A stretch of 64,000 nt of DNA from the IMG/VR virus record IMGVR_UViG_3300027977_000031, positions 1 to 64,000 of that record; one strand, 5' to 3'. Shown in pieces: positions 46,313-56,811 of the stretch. Both the position numbers and the translations under genes were made by a program. Each line of letters opens with the position of its first letter. Position 1 is the first letter of the stretch. The stretch is from a virus. Under the pieces are notes generated by a model that saw nothing but the letters and a program-made list of their open reading frames with translations, did not search any database and was not told the DNA's origin.

Positions 46313-47588
46313 AATTCAGTAAAAGTGCCAATTCAGGATGATTGCAATTTAAATCCTGATTCCTACGATGATCCAATAGTCGAATCTGAGATCGTGTTTC
46401 TTCACCATCCATGGATTCACCGTTGTTCATAAAATTGATAATTCTTTCAAAATCAGATCTATATATTTCTGAAGCATCACACATGCTGAGATGGCTTGCA
46501 ATTTCTTGCTTGGCATCTGCGGGCAGTCTTGATATTGAAAAATACCAAGCATCGTGCATCATGTTCCAATAAACAAAATCAAAATCTTGTAATGCTATCC
46601 ATGATGCTACTTCGTCGAGGTATCTCACATTAAAAACATTCACAGTGGTGCAGCATTGTAACTGTAAGTTAGACATACCTTCACGCATGATTCTGAAACG
46701 ATTGATGTTTTCTTTTACGGTATCCCAGGCGGCGTTTGAGCGTTGATATTCAAACCGTGCGCTGATGTCATCTATTGAAAATGCTATCTCTACTGTTTTA
46801 AAATGTTTCCATATGTCCACGCCACGATCAGGAAACAATGTACCATTGGTATTATAATGTATCTCCACTTGGCTAGCGATGCCGCGATCTACTATGCCTT
46901 GCAGCATATCAAAGTGTTGATCAATCATGAATGGTTCGCCGCCAGTGAATTCAATATAACGTATATCATTCAACACTGAATCAATTTGCTGCCAGAAATG
47001 ATTGTTCTCTTTAGGCCATGCACCAGCACGTAGCATTTTATACGCATAACTAGATTTTTGTTCTGTTCGTGGTAAGAATGAAATTTCTTCACCAGCAAAT
47101 TGTGAACTTGACCAAGACCCGCATATACGGCACTTTAGGTTGCAGATGTTGCCTAATTTTAGATCCAATGACTGCAAAGGTTTTGGATCTATAGTCCAAT
47201 GTTCATCAGTTAATGTATGTTTGAGACGATCTAACGTGTGCATACGTTTTGATGTGCGTCCTGATTCTTCTTCATTCCAGCATTTACGACAAGTAGCAGA
47301 TTTCTTGCCATCGAGAAAGTCTAACCGCAATTTTTGCATGTGATTACTGCGCTGAATATCTGAAAACTCAGCTGTGGTTAGAGTAAATTTATTTCCATCA
47401 TTGTCTACTATCTCGTCATCGGCTAGGCAGCAAGGTCTTACTGTGCCAATAGGACTGGCTTCTAAGCTAATCCAAGGCAACACACAGAATTGATTGTGGG
47501 GAATTTTCACAGTAACGCTTTTAACTCTGGTATGATATTTAGCAGTTGCTCTGATCTGATGCTGTCGAGCTCGTGCGTTTTCCTCCAA
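46299..47588 (-). CDS. radical SAM enzyme, paralog 2 of 5
   Basis: CNLKCRICG; FTGGEPF; N-terminal CVLPW...PCC. Confidence 0.65.
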   Translation of the reverse strand: MEENARARQHQIRATAKYHTRVKSVTVKIPHNQFCVLPWISLEASPIGTVRPCCLADDEIVDNDGNKFTLTTAEFSDIQRSNHMQKLRLDFLDGKKSATCRKCWNEEESGRTSKRMHTLDRLKHTLTDEHWTIDPKPLQSLDLKLGNICNLKCRICGSWSSSQFAGEEISFLPRTEQKSSYAYKMLRAGAWPKENNHFWQQIDSVLNDIRYIEFTGGEPFMIDQHFDMLQGIVDRGIASQVEIHYNTNGTLFPDRGVDIWKHFKTVEIAFSIDDISARFEYQRSNAAWDTVKENINRFRIMREGMSNLQLQCCTTVNVFNVRYLDEVASWIALQDFDFVYWNMMHDAWYFSISRLPADAKQEIASHLSMCDASEIYRSDFERIINFMNNGESMDGEETRSQIRLLDHRRNQDLNCNHPELALLLNYAKT

Positions 47589-48766
47589 AAAGTATCAATG
47601 AGCTGAGTGTTGTCAGTAGCCATTAAAAACTTGATAGCTGATTCAAATCCCACTGTGGCACGTTGCAACGGATCTTGCGCACGTAACCATTCAATATGTT
47701 CTTGATACTTGATGCGCAAACGTTGTTTGTACTTCATTGGTGCAATATCAATTCTGTAAAATAGCGGATCTTGAAGAATATTTACATTGAGGTCTTGTGG
47801 TTTAATAAACCCACGTTCAACCCAATCTTTATGAAAGTCAGGTAAATGCCAAGCATTCAGAATGCTCAAGGTGGGACTGATGTAAAAATCCACGTTAGGA
47901 CATATCTTCATCATCTCAACTCGATTTTTTTCAATTTGTTCCCATCGAGTACCTTTTCTTATGTACTCGGCATATTGACCTGACCCATCTAAACTGGCAC
48001 CTACTGATACACTATTAAACAGTTTCCAGTATTCAAAAACGCTTTTTCCTTTAAGATTGGTATGTGTAAAGTTAGTGTTATAGATCAGTCTGACATCAAA
48101 TCTTTCTCTGCGTACCAGTTCGTCTAATATGTTATAGTGTTCTTCCATCAACAAAGGCTCGCCGCCGGCAAAGTATATTTGCTCAACATAATCCAGATGA
48201 GGTAACAACTGTTCCCACATGTCAGTTTCTGTTCGACCAGCATAGTTCAATACTTGATTTTGATCTTTCCACCCTTTGCCAGCCAACTCGGCTTGATCCT
48301 GATACCATTGGCTTGAAAAAATATGCCCACAGCTACGGCATTTTAAATTGCAAAGATTTGAGAACCGTATATCCCAATAGGTCATTTCAAATGGATTATC
48401 TTCAAGTTTCTTGATTTGATGCCCGTGATGCTTGTTTGCACTTTTTCTGCCAGAGAAAAATCCTGATTGCTCTTGTTCGTAGCAGCGCTCGCATGCTGGG
48501 TTAGGAGTTTCGCTCAGCATGTCAGCTCTTAATTGCTGCATGGGAAGATCTTTCCAGATCTCTTCTAAAGTATTGGTTCTGCAATTACCTACAGGATACT
48601 TCATCTCTGAATGACAACAGGGATATGCTTCGCCAGTTGGATAAGCATGTAAGTGGATCCAAGGATATATGCAAAAAGTCTTTGAATCAGTTAGTAAAAA
48701 TTTCTCACGGTCTGTGAGATTAGTGGATCGAACTAGATCACTGCTGTTATATTTGTATTGAGTCAT
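47507..48766 (-). CDS. radical SAM enzyme, paralog 3 of 5
   Basis: CNLKCRSCG; AGGEPL; N-terminal CIYPW...PCC. Confidence 0.65.
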   Translation of the reverse strand: MTQYKYNSSDLVRSTNLTDREKFLLTDSKTFCIYPWIHLHAYPTGEAYPCCHSEMKYPVGNCRTNTLEEIWKDLPMQQLRADMLSETPNPACERCYEQEQSGFFSGRKSANKHHGHQIKKLEDNPFEMTYWDIRFSNLCNLKCRSCGHIFSSQWYQDQAELAGKGWKDQNQVLNYAGRTETDMWEQLLPHLDYVEQIYFAGGEPLLMEEHYNILDELVRRERFDVRLIYNTNFTHTNLKGKSVFEYWKLFNSVSVGASLDGSGQYAEYIRKGTRWEQIEKNRVEMMKICPNVDFYISPTLSILNAWHLPDFHKDWVERGFIKPQDLNVNILQDPLFYRIDIAPMKYKQRLRIKYQEHIEWLRAQDPLQRATVGFESAIKFLMATDNTQLIDTFWRKTHELDSIRSEQLLNIIPELKALL

Positions 48767-50084
48767 ACCATGGTTTTAATGCAGGAAATGCATGGCCAAA
48801 ATCTTTATTGCGTCGTTGGTCATACTGTGTATAGAATTTTTTGAAATCGTTTAACAACTTGGGCATTTCAAATGATCCCGAATGTGGAGTTTTTACTATA
48901 TCCAGATAATCTATTAGCCGTTGAAGATGATTGACTTCATGCTCGTGTAAGAATTCATTGTGTTGATTGGCAATTAGCCAGGACTCTAACTTGTGTGCAT
49001 ATAGCATACGTAAATTATCAGGCAATACCAATGGTGATTGAAAACTAGGAAATCGAAGTATATTCAGTGTAAAGCTCAGAGCATCACGCCCATATTCGGT
49101 TTTCCATTGTAGCATACGTTCTAAGAATTGATCCAAACTGTCTAGACATAATGCATTAATGGTGTTCATCACATGTATTACACGGAATTGGCCACTGTCT
49201 AATAATCGTTCTACATTGTTTGTCCAATCATCCCAAATCAGTCCATCTCTAATGTATTCAGCCTGTAGTCCTGTGCTTTCGTTGGATGTGTAAAGGTCAA
49301 CTTCTAATCCTTCAATGCTGCCTAGCAATCGATCTAGATCCACTGCTGTGCCTAGATTTGAATTGATGGCCAGTCGTGTTTGGCTACGGCCAGGATTGTT
49401 TCGAAACCAGTCAATCAGTTTCCAAGTCTCAACAGACATCAATGGTTCGCCACCAGTGATTCTCAGTTCTTCAAGTGTTTTATGAAGATCACTTTCCCAC
49501 CAGGCAAAGAACGCCTCCACGTAAGGATTTGTTTCACCAACACGATACAATTGACTGCTTGTATGTTTGTGAGTGAAATGATTGCGACCATCAGACACAA
49601 GCCCTTGATAAGGTCCATTTTGATGTATGTCTCGGACCCATGTACTGCTGAAAGCAGGATTACAATAGCTACAAGCAAACTGACAGGTGCGATCAAAAGC
49701 AATTTCTAAGGTACGAAGATTAACGTCCTGATTGGGCAAAGTGTCATATGCTTCACTTAACGCCTCAATAGGATAAATTTTACTTTTGTACACACGGTCG
49801 CTGATAGCATCGCTGCCCATGTCTTCAATTTTCCAACAGTATTCACAACCTGCAGGACGTTCGCCTGCTTGCATTTTACGACGGTCTTCTTTCTTTTGAT
49901 CAGTATTGTGCAGCAGCTTGGGGTTGGTGGTGACTTTATCTCGGTCTACCAAATGAGCTGGCGGGTGATGGCAGCTGGTAGTCATACCGCTGCCAAGCCA
50001 AATGGTAGCATTGTACCATTTGGCTGCACAAAAACTTGCACTCTTGGTGTCTAGCACCTGTTGCTTGAATTCTAGATCAGTCAT
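48747..50084 (-). CDS. radical SAM enzyme, paralog 4 of 5
   Basis: CQFACSYCN; TGGEPL; N-terminal CAAKW...SCHHPPAH. Confidence 0.65.
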   Translation of the reverse strand: MTDLEFKQQVLDTKSASFCAAKWYNATIWLGSGMTTSCHHPPAHLVDRDKVTTNPKLLHNTDQKKEDRRKMQAGERPAGCEYCWKIEDMGSDAISDRVYKSKIYPIEALSEAYDTLPNQDVNLRTLEIAFDRTCQFACSYCNPAFSSTWVRDIHQNGPYQGLVSDGRNHFTHKHTSSQLYRVGETNPYVEAFFAWWESDLHKTLEELRITGGEPLMSVETWKLIDWFRNNPGRSQTRLAINSNLGTAVDLDRLLGSIEGLEVDLYTSNESTGLQAEYIRDGLIWDDWTNNVERLLDSGQFRVIHVMNTINALCLDSLDQFLERMLQWKTEYGRDALSFTLNILRFPSFQSPLVLPDNLRMLYAHKLESWLIANQHNEFLHEHEVNHLQRLIDYLDIVKTPHSGSFEMPKLLNDFKKFYTQYDQRRNKDFGHAFPALKPWYDSIQI

Positions 50085-50237
50085 TTATATTGTTGTATGT
50101 AGGAATTGCCAAAAACGGCCAAGAAACTCACTTTGAATTAGAGCGTAAAGTTCTATTAAATGTTGTTGGTTGTATTTACAATATATTACAGCACCAATCA
50201 AGGAAACTTGCAAGATTCTATTGACACAAATTGTAGA

Positions 50238-51608
50238 TTATCGAGCATGTAAACCACACTGTTTCCACCAGGTCAACATTTCAGGAAATGTCTTCTCAAA
50301 GTCTGTACCTCTACGTCGATCGTGTTCGTTAAAAAATCTATAAAAGTCTGCCAGCGCAGTAGGTTGAGGTGCAGATGATCGCATCCAATCTATATCACGC
50401 TCAAGACGTTGCACTTCATAGTCCTTGAATCCATGGAACGGGTTGGATCCAGTCTCTAAGTTTTCTAACATAAAGTCTCGTGCTTGTTCTAGTTTTGTAG
50501 CATAGCTCTCGGGCAAAGTCTGAAGGCTCTGCCATGCAGGTTGTCGTAGCACAGGTGTATCAAACCACACACGTTGATATGTTTTACTATGACGGCGGCG
50601 TAGATCTAGTATCCATTTTATCAATGGTAAGAAGCCAGTCACTGACAAATTGTTCATGGTCACAATAAATGTAAGACTGTTACGATATGGAATATCTGTG
50701 AGATATGTTTCCACATTGTTCTGCAATCGGGCAAAGTCCAATCCATGACGGATGTATTCAGCTTGCGGCCCTATGCCCGAATCGAGACTTACATATTGCA
50801 TGAAATGTTCGATATCAGTATCGCATAAGCGTTTCACATATCCAAAGTATTTGCTGGATAGTTCAGGCTCTACACTGAAGTTCGATGTGACTGCTAGATG
50901 TAGATCGTTTTTTGGATGTTCTAATACATAGTCAAACACTCGATAGGTGTTCCGATCCATTAGAGGTTCTCCACCAGTCATGCGAAAGTGTTTAAGCTCA
51001 GAGTATAGACTAGGCCACCATGACCAAAATGCTTCTACATAAGGGTTGTGATCACGGGCAGGAATAGGCTTCCGATGGCCGCTAAAATGCTCAGGAGCGT
51101 TATGAGGGACCAGAGTAGGAAATGCGCCATGTCGTTCAACTTCTTGCTGCCAGCTAGAGCTAAACTGCGGGCTACAATAACTGCATTTAAGATTGCAAGC
51201 ATTGTTAAAGTTAACTTCCACATACGACGGTATAACATCTTCATCACCAGTTGAGTTTTTTATCTTTTCAAAATCCACCGCAGCCCAGGGTTCACCTGAT
51301 CTGTAATGTCGATCACTTAGTTTGCCAAGATCCTCCATGTTCCAACAGTAAGAACATTCAGTAGGACGTTGCTGCTGTAGCATTATTTTTCGTTGTGCTT
51401 TTTTATGCCGTGTGTTATGCAAAGCAGCCGGATTGGTCGCTATCTCTTCAGGATCTATCGTATGCAACGGTGGATGATAGCAACTGTTATTTAACCCGGT
51501 GGTCAGATGCAAGCTGACCTGTTTCCATTTGGCCAGGCATAGTGCTGGCCCTAGATCAGCTTGCATCTTCTCAGCCGAAGATAAGAATTTACTTTTGTTT
51601 TCTGACAT
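50238..51608 (-). CDS. radical SAM enzyme, paralog 5 of 5
   Basis: CNLKCSYCS; TGGEPL; N-terminal CLAKW...SCYHPPLH. Confidence 0.65.
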   Translation of the reverse strand: MSENKSKFLSSAEKMQADLGPALCLAKWKQVSLHLTTGLNNSCYHPPLHTIDPEEIATNPAALHNTRHKKAQRKIMLQQQRPTECSYCWNMEDLGKLSDRHYRSGEPWAAVDFEKIKNSTGDEDVIPSYVEVNFNNACNLKCSYCSPQFSSSWQQEVERHGAFPTLVPHNAPEHFSGHRKPIPARDHNPYVEAFWSWWPSLYSELKHFRMTGGEPLMDRNTYRVFDYVLEHPKNDLHLAVTSNFSVEPELSSKYFGYVKRLCDTDIEHFMQYVSLDSGIGPQAEYIRHGLDFARLQNNVETYLTDIPYRNSLTFIVTMNNLSVTGFLPLIKWILDLRRRHSKTYQRVWFDTPVLRQPAWQSLQTLPESYATKLEQARDFMLENLETGSNPFHGFKDYEVQRLERDIDWMRSSAPQPTALADFYRFFNEHDRRRGTDFEKTFPEMLTWWKQCGLHAR

Positions 51609-52561
51609 TATCTTGCATCTATCTCTCTCACCATGACACCACGGTTTTGCCAGTTGCTACAATAATGATGTTTAAAAAATGCACTGGCCTCTACGGTAAG
51701 CATGTGCATGGGAAGATCCAATTGTGTATGTAATTCGTTGGCAATGTTGTTACTCACATGTTCTGGCTGTTCATCTTTTACTGTGAGCCACAATTCACTC
51801 AGTGTATCAAAATTTTGCACTTGTAAGTAATCCCAGTTTGTGAGCATGGTCATGTATGTGCCCTGGCGTGCGCCTGCTATAGCCCAATATCCGTAATCTG
51901 CATCTGCACCCACATTATGCCAGATGGTGAGATGGTCAAGATTGCGTCGATGCACACGAGATTGAAATTCAGTCACGGTGGGTCTACGCCCTCGATCCAA
52001 ACACATTTTTACTCCTTCACGGAATCCAGCACGCCAGGCGTGAAATGCAGATCCATTAGGATAAGTGGTTGAATAACTATCATGCATGGCCCAATATAGT
52101 GGGTCAAAACAAAACTCCACTTGGGTTTCGGTACGGCCGTCTGTGTTTTCGTGTGTGTGCATATTTTGCACATACTGCCGGGTCCAAGAACTTAGACCAC
52201 CGTTGCCGTACATGAGTCCATTCACATGGTTACGAGCCTTCCATCTAAACACAGCATGTTCGTAATCATCTGTAGGAAATGTCAATGTTTGATTAAAAAA
52301 CTCTGGATCTGGAAGATTATCACCATCGATCAAGATAAAACGTTCCGTGGTACTGGCTGTTGCTGCTGCTTTGTGTGCTGCATCTGATCCTTTGACTCCG
52401 TCTACTCGTGTGGCCCAGGGCACTAGATTACGTATCTTGACCCAGTGTTCTTCCTTTTGTGGCTCGTCGTAACTTAGATAGATGCAATCTAGATCAGCTA
52501 CATCAATTTGTTTCAATGACATTTTCTTGTTTCTTCCAGTATTTTCCTGATTGATCGGCAA
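51608..52561 (-). CDS. hypothetical protein
   Basis: Long ORF with ATGA overlap. Confidence 0.4.
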   Translation of the reverse strand: MPINQENTGRNKKMSLKQIDVADLDCIYLSYDEPQKEEHWVKIRNLVPWATRVDGVKGSDAAHKAAATASTTERFILIDGDNLPDPEFFNQTLTFPTDDYEHAVFRWKARNHVNGLMYGNGGLSSWTRQYVQNMHTHENTDGRTETQVEFCFDPLYWAMHDSYSTTYPNGSAFHAWRAGFREGVKMCLDRGRRPTVTEFQSRVHRRNLDHLTIWHNVGADADYGYWAIAGARQGTYMTMLTNWDYLQVQNFDTLSELWLTVKDEQPEHVSNNIANELHTQLDLPMHMLTVEASAFFKHHYCSNWQNRGVMVREIDAR

Positions 52562-52847
52562 CTACAATAGTTACATCTTGACTGTGACAAAGTGTTCCTG
52601 AGTCAGCAGTTACAAGTTTGTTAACCCAAATAGTTTTGTATTGGATGAGTTTTTTATCAACTACTCGTACTGCCATATTTTGCAATGCAAACTGTGCGGG
52701 TGTGATATCAATGTACTTACCAGGCAAATCTTCTTGACTGTAAAACAACGGCAACCCAGTATCGTCATGATATAATCTATAAAAAACTGGGTTGATTTCA
52801 GGCCACTTGATTGTTTCCCAAAAATCTAAAAATTCTTGTTCAGTCAT
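52503..52847 (-). CDS. hypothetical protein
   Basis: ORF. Confidence 0.35.
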   Translation of the reverse strand: MTEQEFLDFWETIKWPEINPVFYRLYHDDTGLPLFYSQEDLPGKYIDITPAQFALQNMAVRVVDKKLIQYKTIWVNKLVTADSGTLCHSQDVTIVVADQSGKYWKKQENVIETN

Positions 52848-53613
52848 TGCGCCAGTCCTTTTGATGATAATGCACTGCGCCCCATTGTGCCACAGTCTGA
52901 ATCCTTAATGGATTGGATTCCCAAATTAATTCTTGTGTCCAATTTTCTAAACGTGTTGGAATTATACCACGTTTCATATGTACAATACGAGGATAACTCA
53001 CAAACGGCATGGTCACACGTTCGGGGCCCATGATCTGTGCTGCCATGGCATAAACTAAATCCGTTGATGGAATTTCATCAGGAAATTTTATTAAAGTCTT
53101 GTATTGTGCCCAGTTTTCAAAAATTATCCTTACTAATTGAAAAAATTCTTGTGCAGTTTGACTTAGTCTCCAGTATGTTATAGCATTGTATACATCCGGC
53201 AAATTGTTAGAATCAAAAACTTTTCTATAGAATCTGTTGGTAGTTTTTTGATCATAAAAATCTCTTGCACCAGTGGATATCACCACATCTCTATGCTCTA
53301 ACATAGTCCACCAATGATCTATCGCACTGGCAATAATCATATCTGCTTCAAGTTTGATAGTTTGTCTGAAAGGACTGGCTCCAAATACCTGCCAGTCATT
53401 AGCATACGGGTTATCACTCAGCGGATATGGAAAAGTCTGATGATAATCAAACAAATTGGAATTGGGCAAATCTGTGTTGGATAACAAACAAATTTTAGCA
53501 TCAGGATGAAAATGTCGAATAGATCGAGCCAGTTGATTTGCACAGTCAACATAATCAACTGATTCAGAATTTTGTGCCATTATTAAATAGCCGCGTTCAC
53601 ACTGTATTGGCAA
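52840..53613 (-). CDS. hypothetical protein (possible nucleotide-diphospho-sugar transferase)
   Basis: ORF in the glycan block. Confidence 0.35.
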   Translation of the reverse strand: MPIQCERGYLIMAQNSESVDYVDCANQLARSIRHFHPDAKICLLSNTDLPNSNLFDYHQTFPYPLSDNPYANDWQVFGASPFRQTIKLEADMIIASAIDHWWTMLEHRDVVISTGARDFYDQKTTNRFYRKVFDSNNLPDVYNAITYWRLSQTAQEFFQLVRIIFENWAQYKTLIKFPDEIPSTDLVYAMAAQIMGPERVTMPFVSYPRIVHMKRGIIPTRLENWTQELIWESNPLRIQTVAQWGAVHYHQKDWRND

Positions 53614-54400
53614 CGATGTCTCCTAACTGTTGTTTGCACATGGCATGAAAATCCATGTTCTGCCAATCAATTGTTTTTAACTTGTCTTGGTTAAAATATT
53701 CAATTTGAAAATGATCTGGGCCGAGTTGCTTTAAGTTATAGCTAGAAATAATAGCTGCCAAGTTCCACGGTATATTGTCTACATTTAATGTATGACCACT
53801 CTCTATACCCAATGCAATGCTCAATGCATAGTCATTGCGAAAATTACCCCCATGACTATGATATAAGTCTTTGTAATGTACCCAATTATCTTTGACCATT
53901 TTCATGCAATCAAAAATATGTTCAGCTGTGGGACTTTTACGAAACATCATAACAGTGGCCCACCACATGGGCATGTGATTATCACCAAACCAGTTTAACC
54001 CTTTGAAGTCATTGACCCCTGTGATATCCCAGGACAACCGATGAGATAAAAAATCTTTTTTACTATCAATCACCGCAGTCAACTGATCACTGCAAACAAC
54101 ATAGTCGGCGTCTAATACCAGGGTCTGCTCCCAAGGAGTTAACGTGTATGCGTCCACCCTGCCGGCATTGTACCATGTTAATGTGTTTTGATAATCTTCA
54201 AAAAATCTTGTTCCGCCGCTGACCGGATCTGCTGATATCACACAATCAAATTTGGTCAATCGTGACGGATCTGTGCAGTCTGTTATTACGGCTGTGGGTA
54301 TTTTTAAATGTCGACGTATACGCTCTGCACTCCAAGCAGCCATACTAATATAGTCGGTTTGCTCATTGTCAAATGCAAATATCAATGCACCTGTGGTCAT
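53597..54400 (-). CDS. hypothetical protein (possible glycosyltransferase)
   Basis: ORF in the glycan block. Confidence 0.35.
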   Translation of the reverse strand: MTTGALIFAFDNEQTDYISMAAWSAERIRRHLKIPTAVITDCTDPSRLTKFDCVISADPVSGGTRFFEDYQNTLTWYNAGRVDAYTLTPWEQTLVLDADYVVCSDQLTAVIDSKKDFLSHRLSWDITGVNDFKGLNWFGDNHMPMWWATVMMFRKSPTAEHIFDCMKMVKDNWVHYKDLYHSHGGNFRNDYALSIALGIESGHTLNVDNIPWNLAAIISSYNLKQLGPDHFQIEYFNQDKLKTIDWQNMDFHAMCKQQLGDIVANTV

Positions 54401-54702
54401 CGTTTTTTATTCAATTGTTCATTCTCTACCAACCAAGCGTTCATTTGTTCTTGCCAATGACGCTGAGCTAACAACTGTAGATCTGCAATAGTTATCTTGA
54501 CTGGGGTTTCATAAAGATCCAGCAATACTGCTTGTTCTTGTAGACAAGCATGTAGTAGTGTGATCAGTTCAGGACCAGCACGCCACATCCCTCCTCCATA
54601 TGCAAACAGCATTCGAGCTTCGTATTTTTCTTTCAACACACGGCGTGCAGCCACATGATCAAATCGTGCTTTTGCATGAGAAATTAAATTGTCTGTATTC
54701 AT
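54397..54702 (-). CDS. hypothetical protein
   Basis: ORF. Confidence 0.35.
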   Translation of the reverse strand: MNTDNLISHAKARFDHVAARRVLKEKYEARMLFAYGGGMWRAGPELITLLHACLQEQAVLLDLYETPVKITIADLQLLAQRHWQEQMNAWLVENEQLNKKR

Positions 54703-54756
54703 TCAAATATTATAAACGAATAAAAAGAAAAAGTCTACCTTCTGTCCTGGTGAATA

Positions 54757-55752
54757 TTAAACAACCGAACTGGTCACCGTTGGAGTTCCCCAGGTATTAG
54801 CTAATCCCTGTGCGGTTGATGGCGTGAAAACACTACATAACACAGCAGGTGCTGTTCCAAACGCAGTAAATGGGCTTGTGGTATCAGTACCGCCACTGAT
54901 TCCAGTTTGCTGAAATTGTGTGGATTGAAACCAGGTGGTCGTTAGCCGCAATCCAGTTGTAGGGAAGGTGGTAAAAACCTCTGCTGCTTGTACCCGAATA
55001 AAACTAGAGCTATAAGGATATACCGAATTATTTAATTGAAACAATGTGGTGCTTGTGCCTATTGGGCCTGGGATTTGATACCATCCGGTTGTGGTTAGAT
55101 TTGGACTTGGTGTGCCTGATCCACCTATTCTTGTGAATCCTGTGTAAGTAACACCTGCAATGACTTGATTTGCATTGTTGACTCTACCACTAATATACAA
55201 GTCTCCCACAGTGGATACAAATGTATTCCAATCAGGATCTATGTCAGTGCTGTTTGAGGATTTGCTCATTCTTAACCTTATGAGACCGCCGGCATTCCAA
55301 AAATATCTAGTTTGAGCAGCACTAGGAAATATTACATTCTGTGTCCAGGTAATTGTCCAGCCGCTGGTACCCGGAACACCAGTATCGGTAGTTTTGGAAA
55401 TACTACCAGTCCAGGTTGGTGTACTTGATTGAATCCCAGTTGCAAATCCCCGTCTGGTTGTGACACTGGTAATATCTGTGGCTACATTGGCCAAGATAGC
55501 AATTACATTACCACTAACTGGTGATGTTCTTGCAGTCAATGTGGTGTTGGTTTGGCTGCCTGCTGTGGCCAGCGTGTTGACCAAAGCGGACCAATTAACA
55601 GCAGCTACCTCTCCGGACTGGCTGCTTACGGCGCTCAATGCAGTTTGTCCCCAGCCACTGTCACCCGACCCAGTACTCCAGATCGCATTCAGATTGTTCC
55701 GAAACGTATTATAGTCTGCTGCCTGAATTAATCCGCCTACTGAGTATGTCAT
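54757..55752 (-). CDS. tail fibre / receptor-binding protein, copy A of a tandem pair
   Basis: N-terminus MTYSVGGLIQAADYNTF and C-terminus ...AFGTAPAVLC...STAQGLANTWGTPTV nearly identical to copy B; Thr/Ser/Gly-rich. Confidence 0.5.
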   Translation of the reverse strand: MTYSVGGLIQAADYNTFRNNLNAIWSTGSGDSGWGQTALSAVSSQSGEVAAVNWSALVNTLATAGSQTNTTLTARTSPVSGNVIAILANVATDITSVTTRRGFATGIQSSTPTWTGSISKTTDTGVPGTSGWTITWTQNVIFPSAAQTRYFWNAGGLIRLRMSKSSNSTDIDPDWNTFVSTVGDLYISGRVNNANQVIAGVTYTGFTRIGGSGTPSPNLTTTGWYQIPGPIGTSTTLFQLNNSVYPYSSSFIRVQAAEVFTTFPTTGLRLTTTWFQSTQFQQTGISGGTDTTSPFTAFGTAPAVLCSVFTPSTAQGLANTWGTPTVTSSVV

Positions 55753-55818
55753 ATTGATATCTTATTATTTTATTGTCACAATGACTTCTACAGTGCCCTA
55801 GTGAATATTAAGTTATAT

Positions 55819-56799
55819 TTAAACTACGCTGGCCGCGACTGTTGGAGTTCCCCAAGTATTGGCCAATCCCTGTGCAGTTGACGGTGGAACAAAACGACAC
55901 AACACAGCAGGTGCTGTTCCAAACGCAGTAAATGGGCTTGTGGTATCAGTACCGCCACTGATTCCAGTTTGCTGAAATTGTGTGGATTGAAACCAGGTGG
56001 TCGTTAGCCGCAATACTGTTGAGCTTGACAAGACTTGTGCAGTTACCCTGATAAAACTAGAGCTATAAGGGTATACCGAATTATTTAATTGAAACAATGT
56101 GGTTGCACCTGCACCACTAGTAAGTGAATACCATCCGGTTGTGGTCAAATTTGGACTTGGTGTGCCTGATCCACCTATTCTTGTGAATCCTGTGTAAGTA
56201 ACACCTGCAATGACTTGGCTTGCATTGTTGACTCTACCACTTACATACAAAGCACCCACAGTGGATACAAATGTATTCCAATCAGGATCTATGTCAGTGC
56301 TGTTTGAGGATTTGCTCATATCCAAACGTACCAGGCCTCCGGCATTCCAGAAATATCTAGCTTGAGCAGCACTAGGGAATGTTACATCATGTGTCCAGGT
56401 AATTGTCCAGCCGCTGGTACCCGGAACACCAGTATCGGTAGTTTTGGAAGTAGAACCAGTCCAGGTTGAACTAGTAGTTCCTGAACTGGTTGCATATCCG
56501 CGTCTGGTCGTGACACTGGTAATATCTGTGGCCACATTGGTCAACACCGCAACAATATCACCGGTGACCGGTGCTGTTCGCGAAGTCAATGTGGTGGTGG
56601 TTTGGCTGCCTGCTGTGGTCAGAGTGTTGACTAAGCTGGACCAATTGGTAGCAGTTACTACTGTATTAGCAGTTACACCACTCAATGCAGTTTGCCCCCA
56701 CCCGCTGTCAGTTGAGCCAGTACTCCAGATAGCGTTGAGATTGGTCTGAAACGTATTATAGTCTGCTGCCTGGACTAATCCGCCTACTGAGTATGTCAT
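55819..56799 (-). CDS. tail fibre / receptor-binding protein, copy B of a tandem pair
   Basis: Paralog of 54757..55752 with a divergent central segment. Confidence 0.5.
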   Translation of the reverse strand: MTYSVGGLVQAADYNTFQTNLNAIWSTGSTDSGWGQTALSGVTANTVVTATNWSSLVNTLTTAGSQTTTTLTSRTAPVTGDIVAVLTNVATDITSVTTRRGYATSSGTTSSTWTGSTSKTTDTGVPGTSGWTITWTHDVTFPSAAQARYFWNAGGLVRLDMSKSSNSTDIDPDWNTFVSTVGALYVSGRVNNASQVIAGVTYTGFTRIGGSGTPSPNLTTTGWYSLTSGAGATTLFQLNNSVYPYSSSFIRVTAQVLSSSTVLRLTTTWFQSTQFQQTGISGGTDTTSPFTAFGTAPAVLCRFVPPSTAQGLANTWGTPTVAASVV

Positions 56800-56811
56800 A
56801 TTGATATCCTA

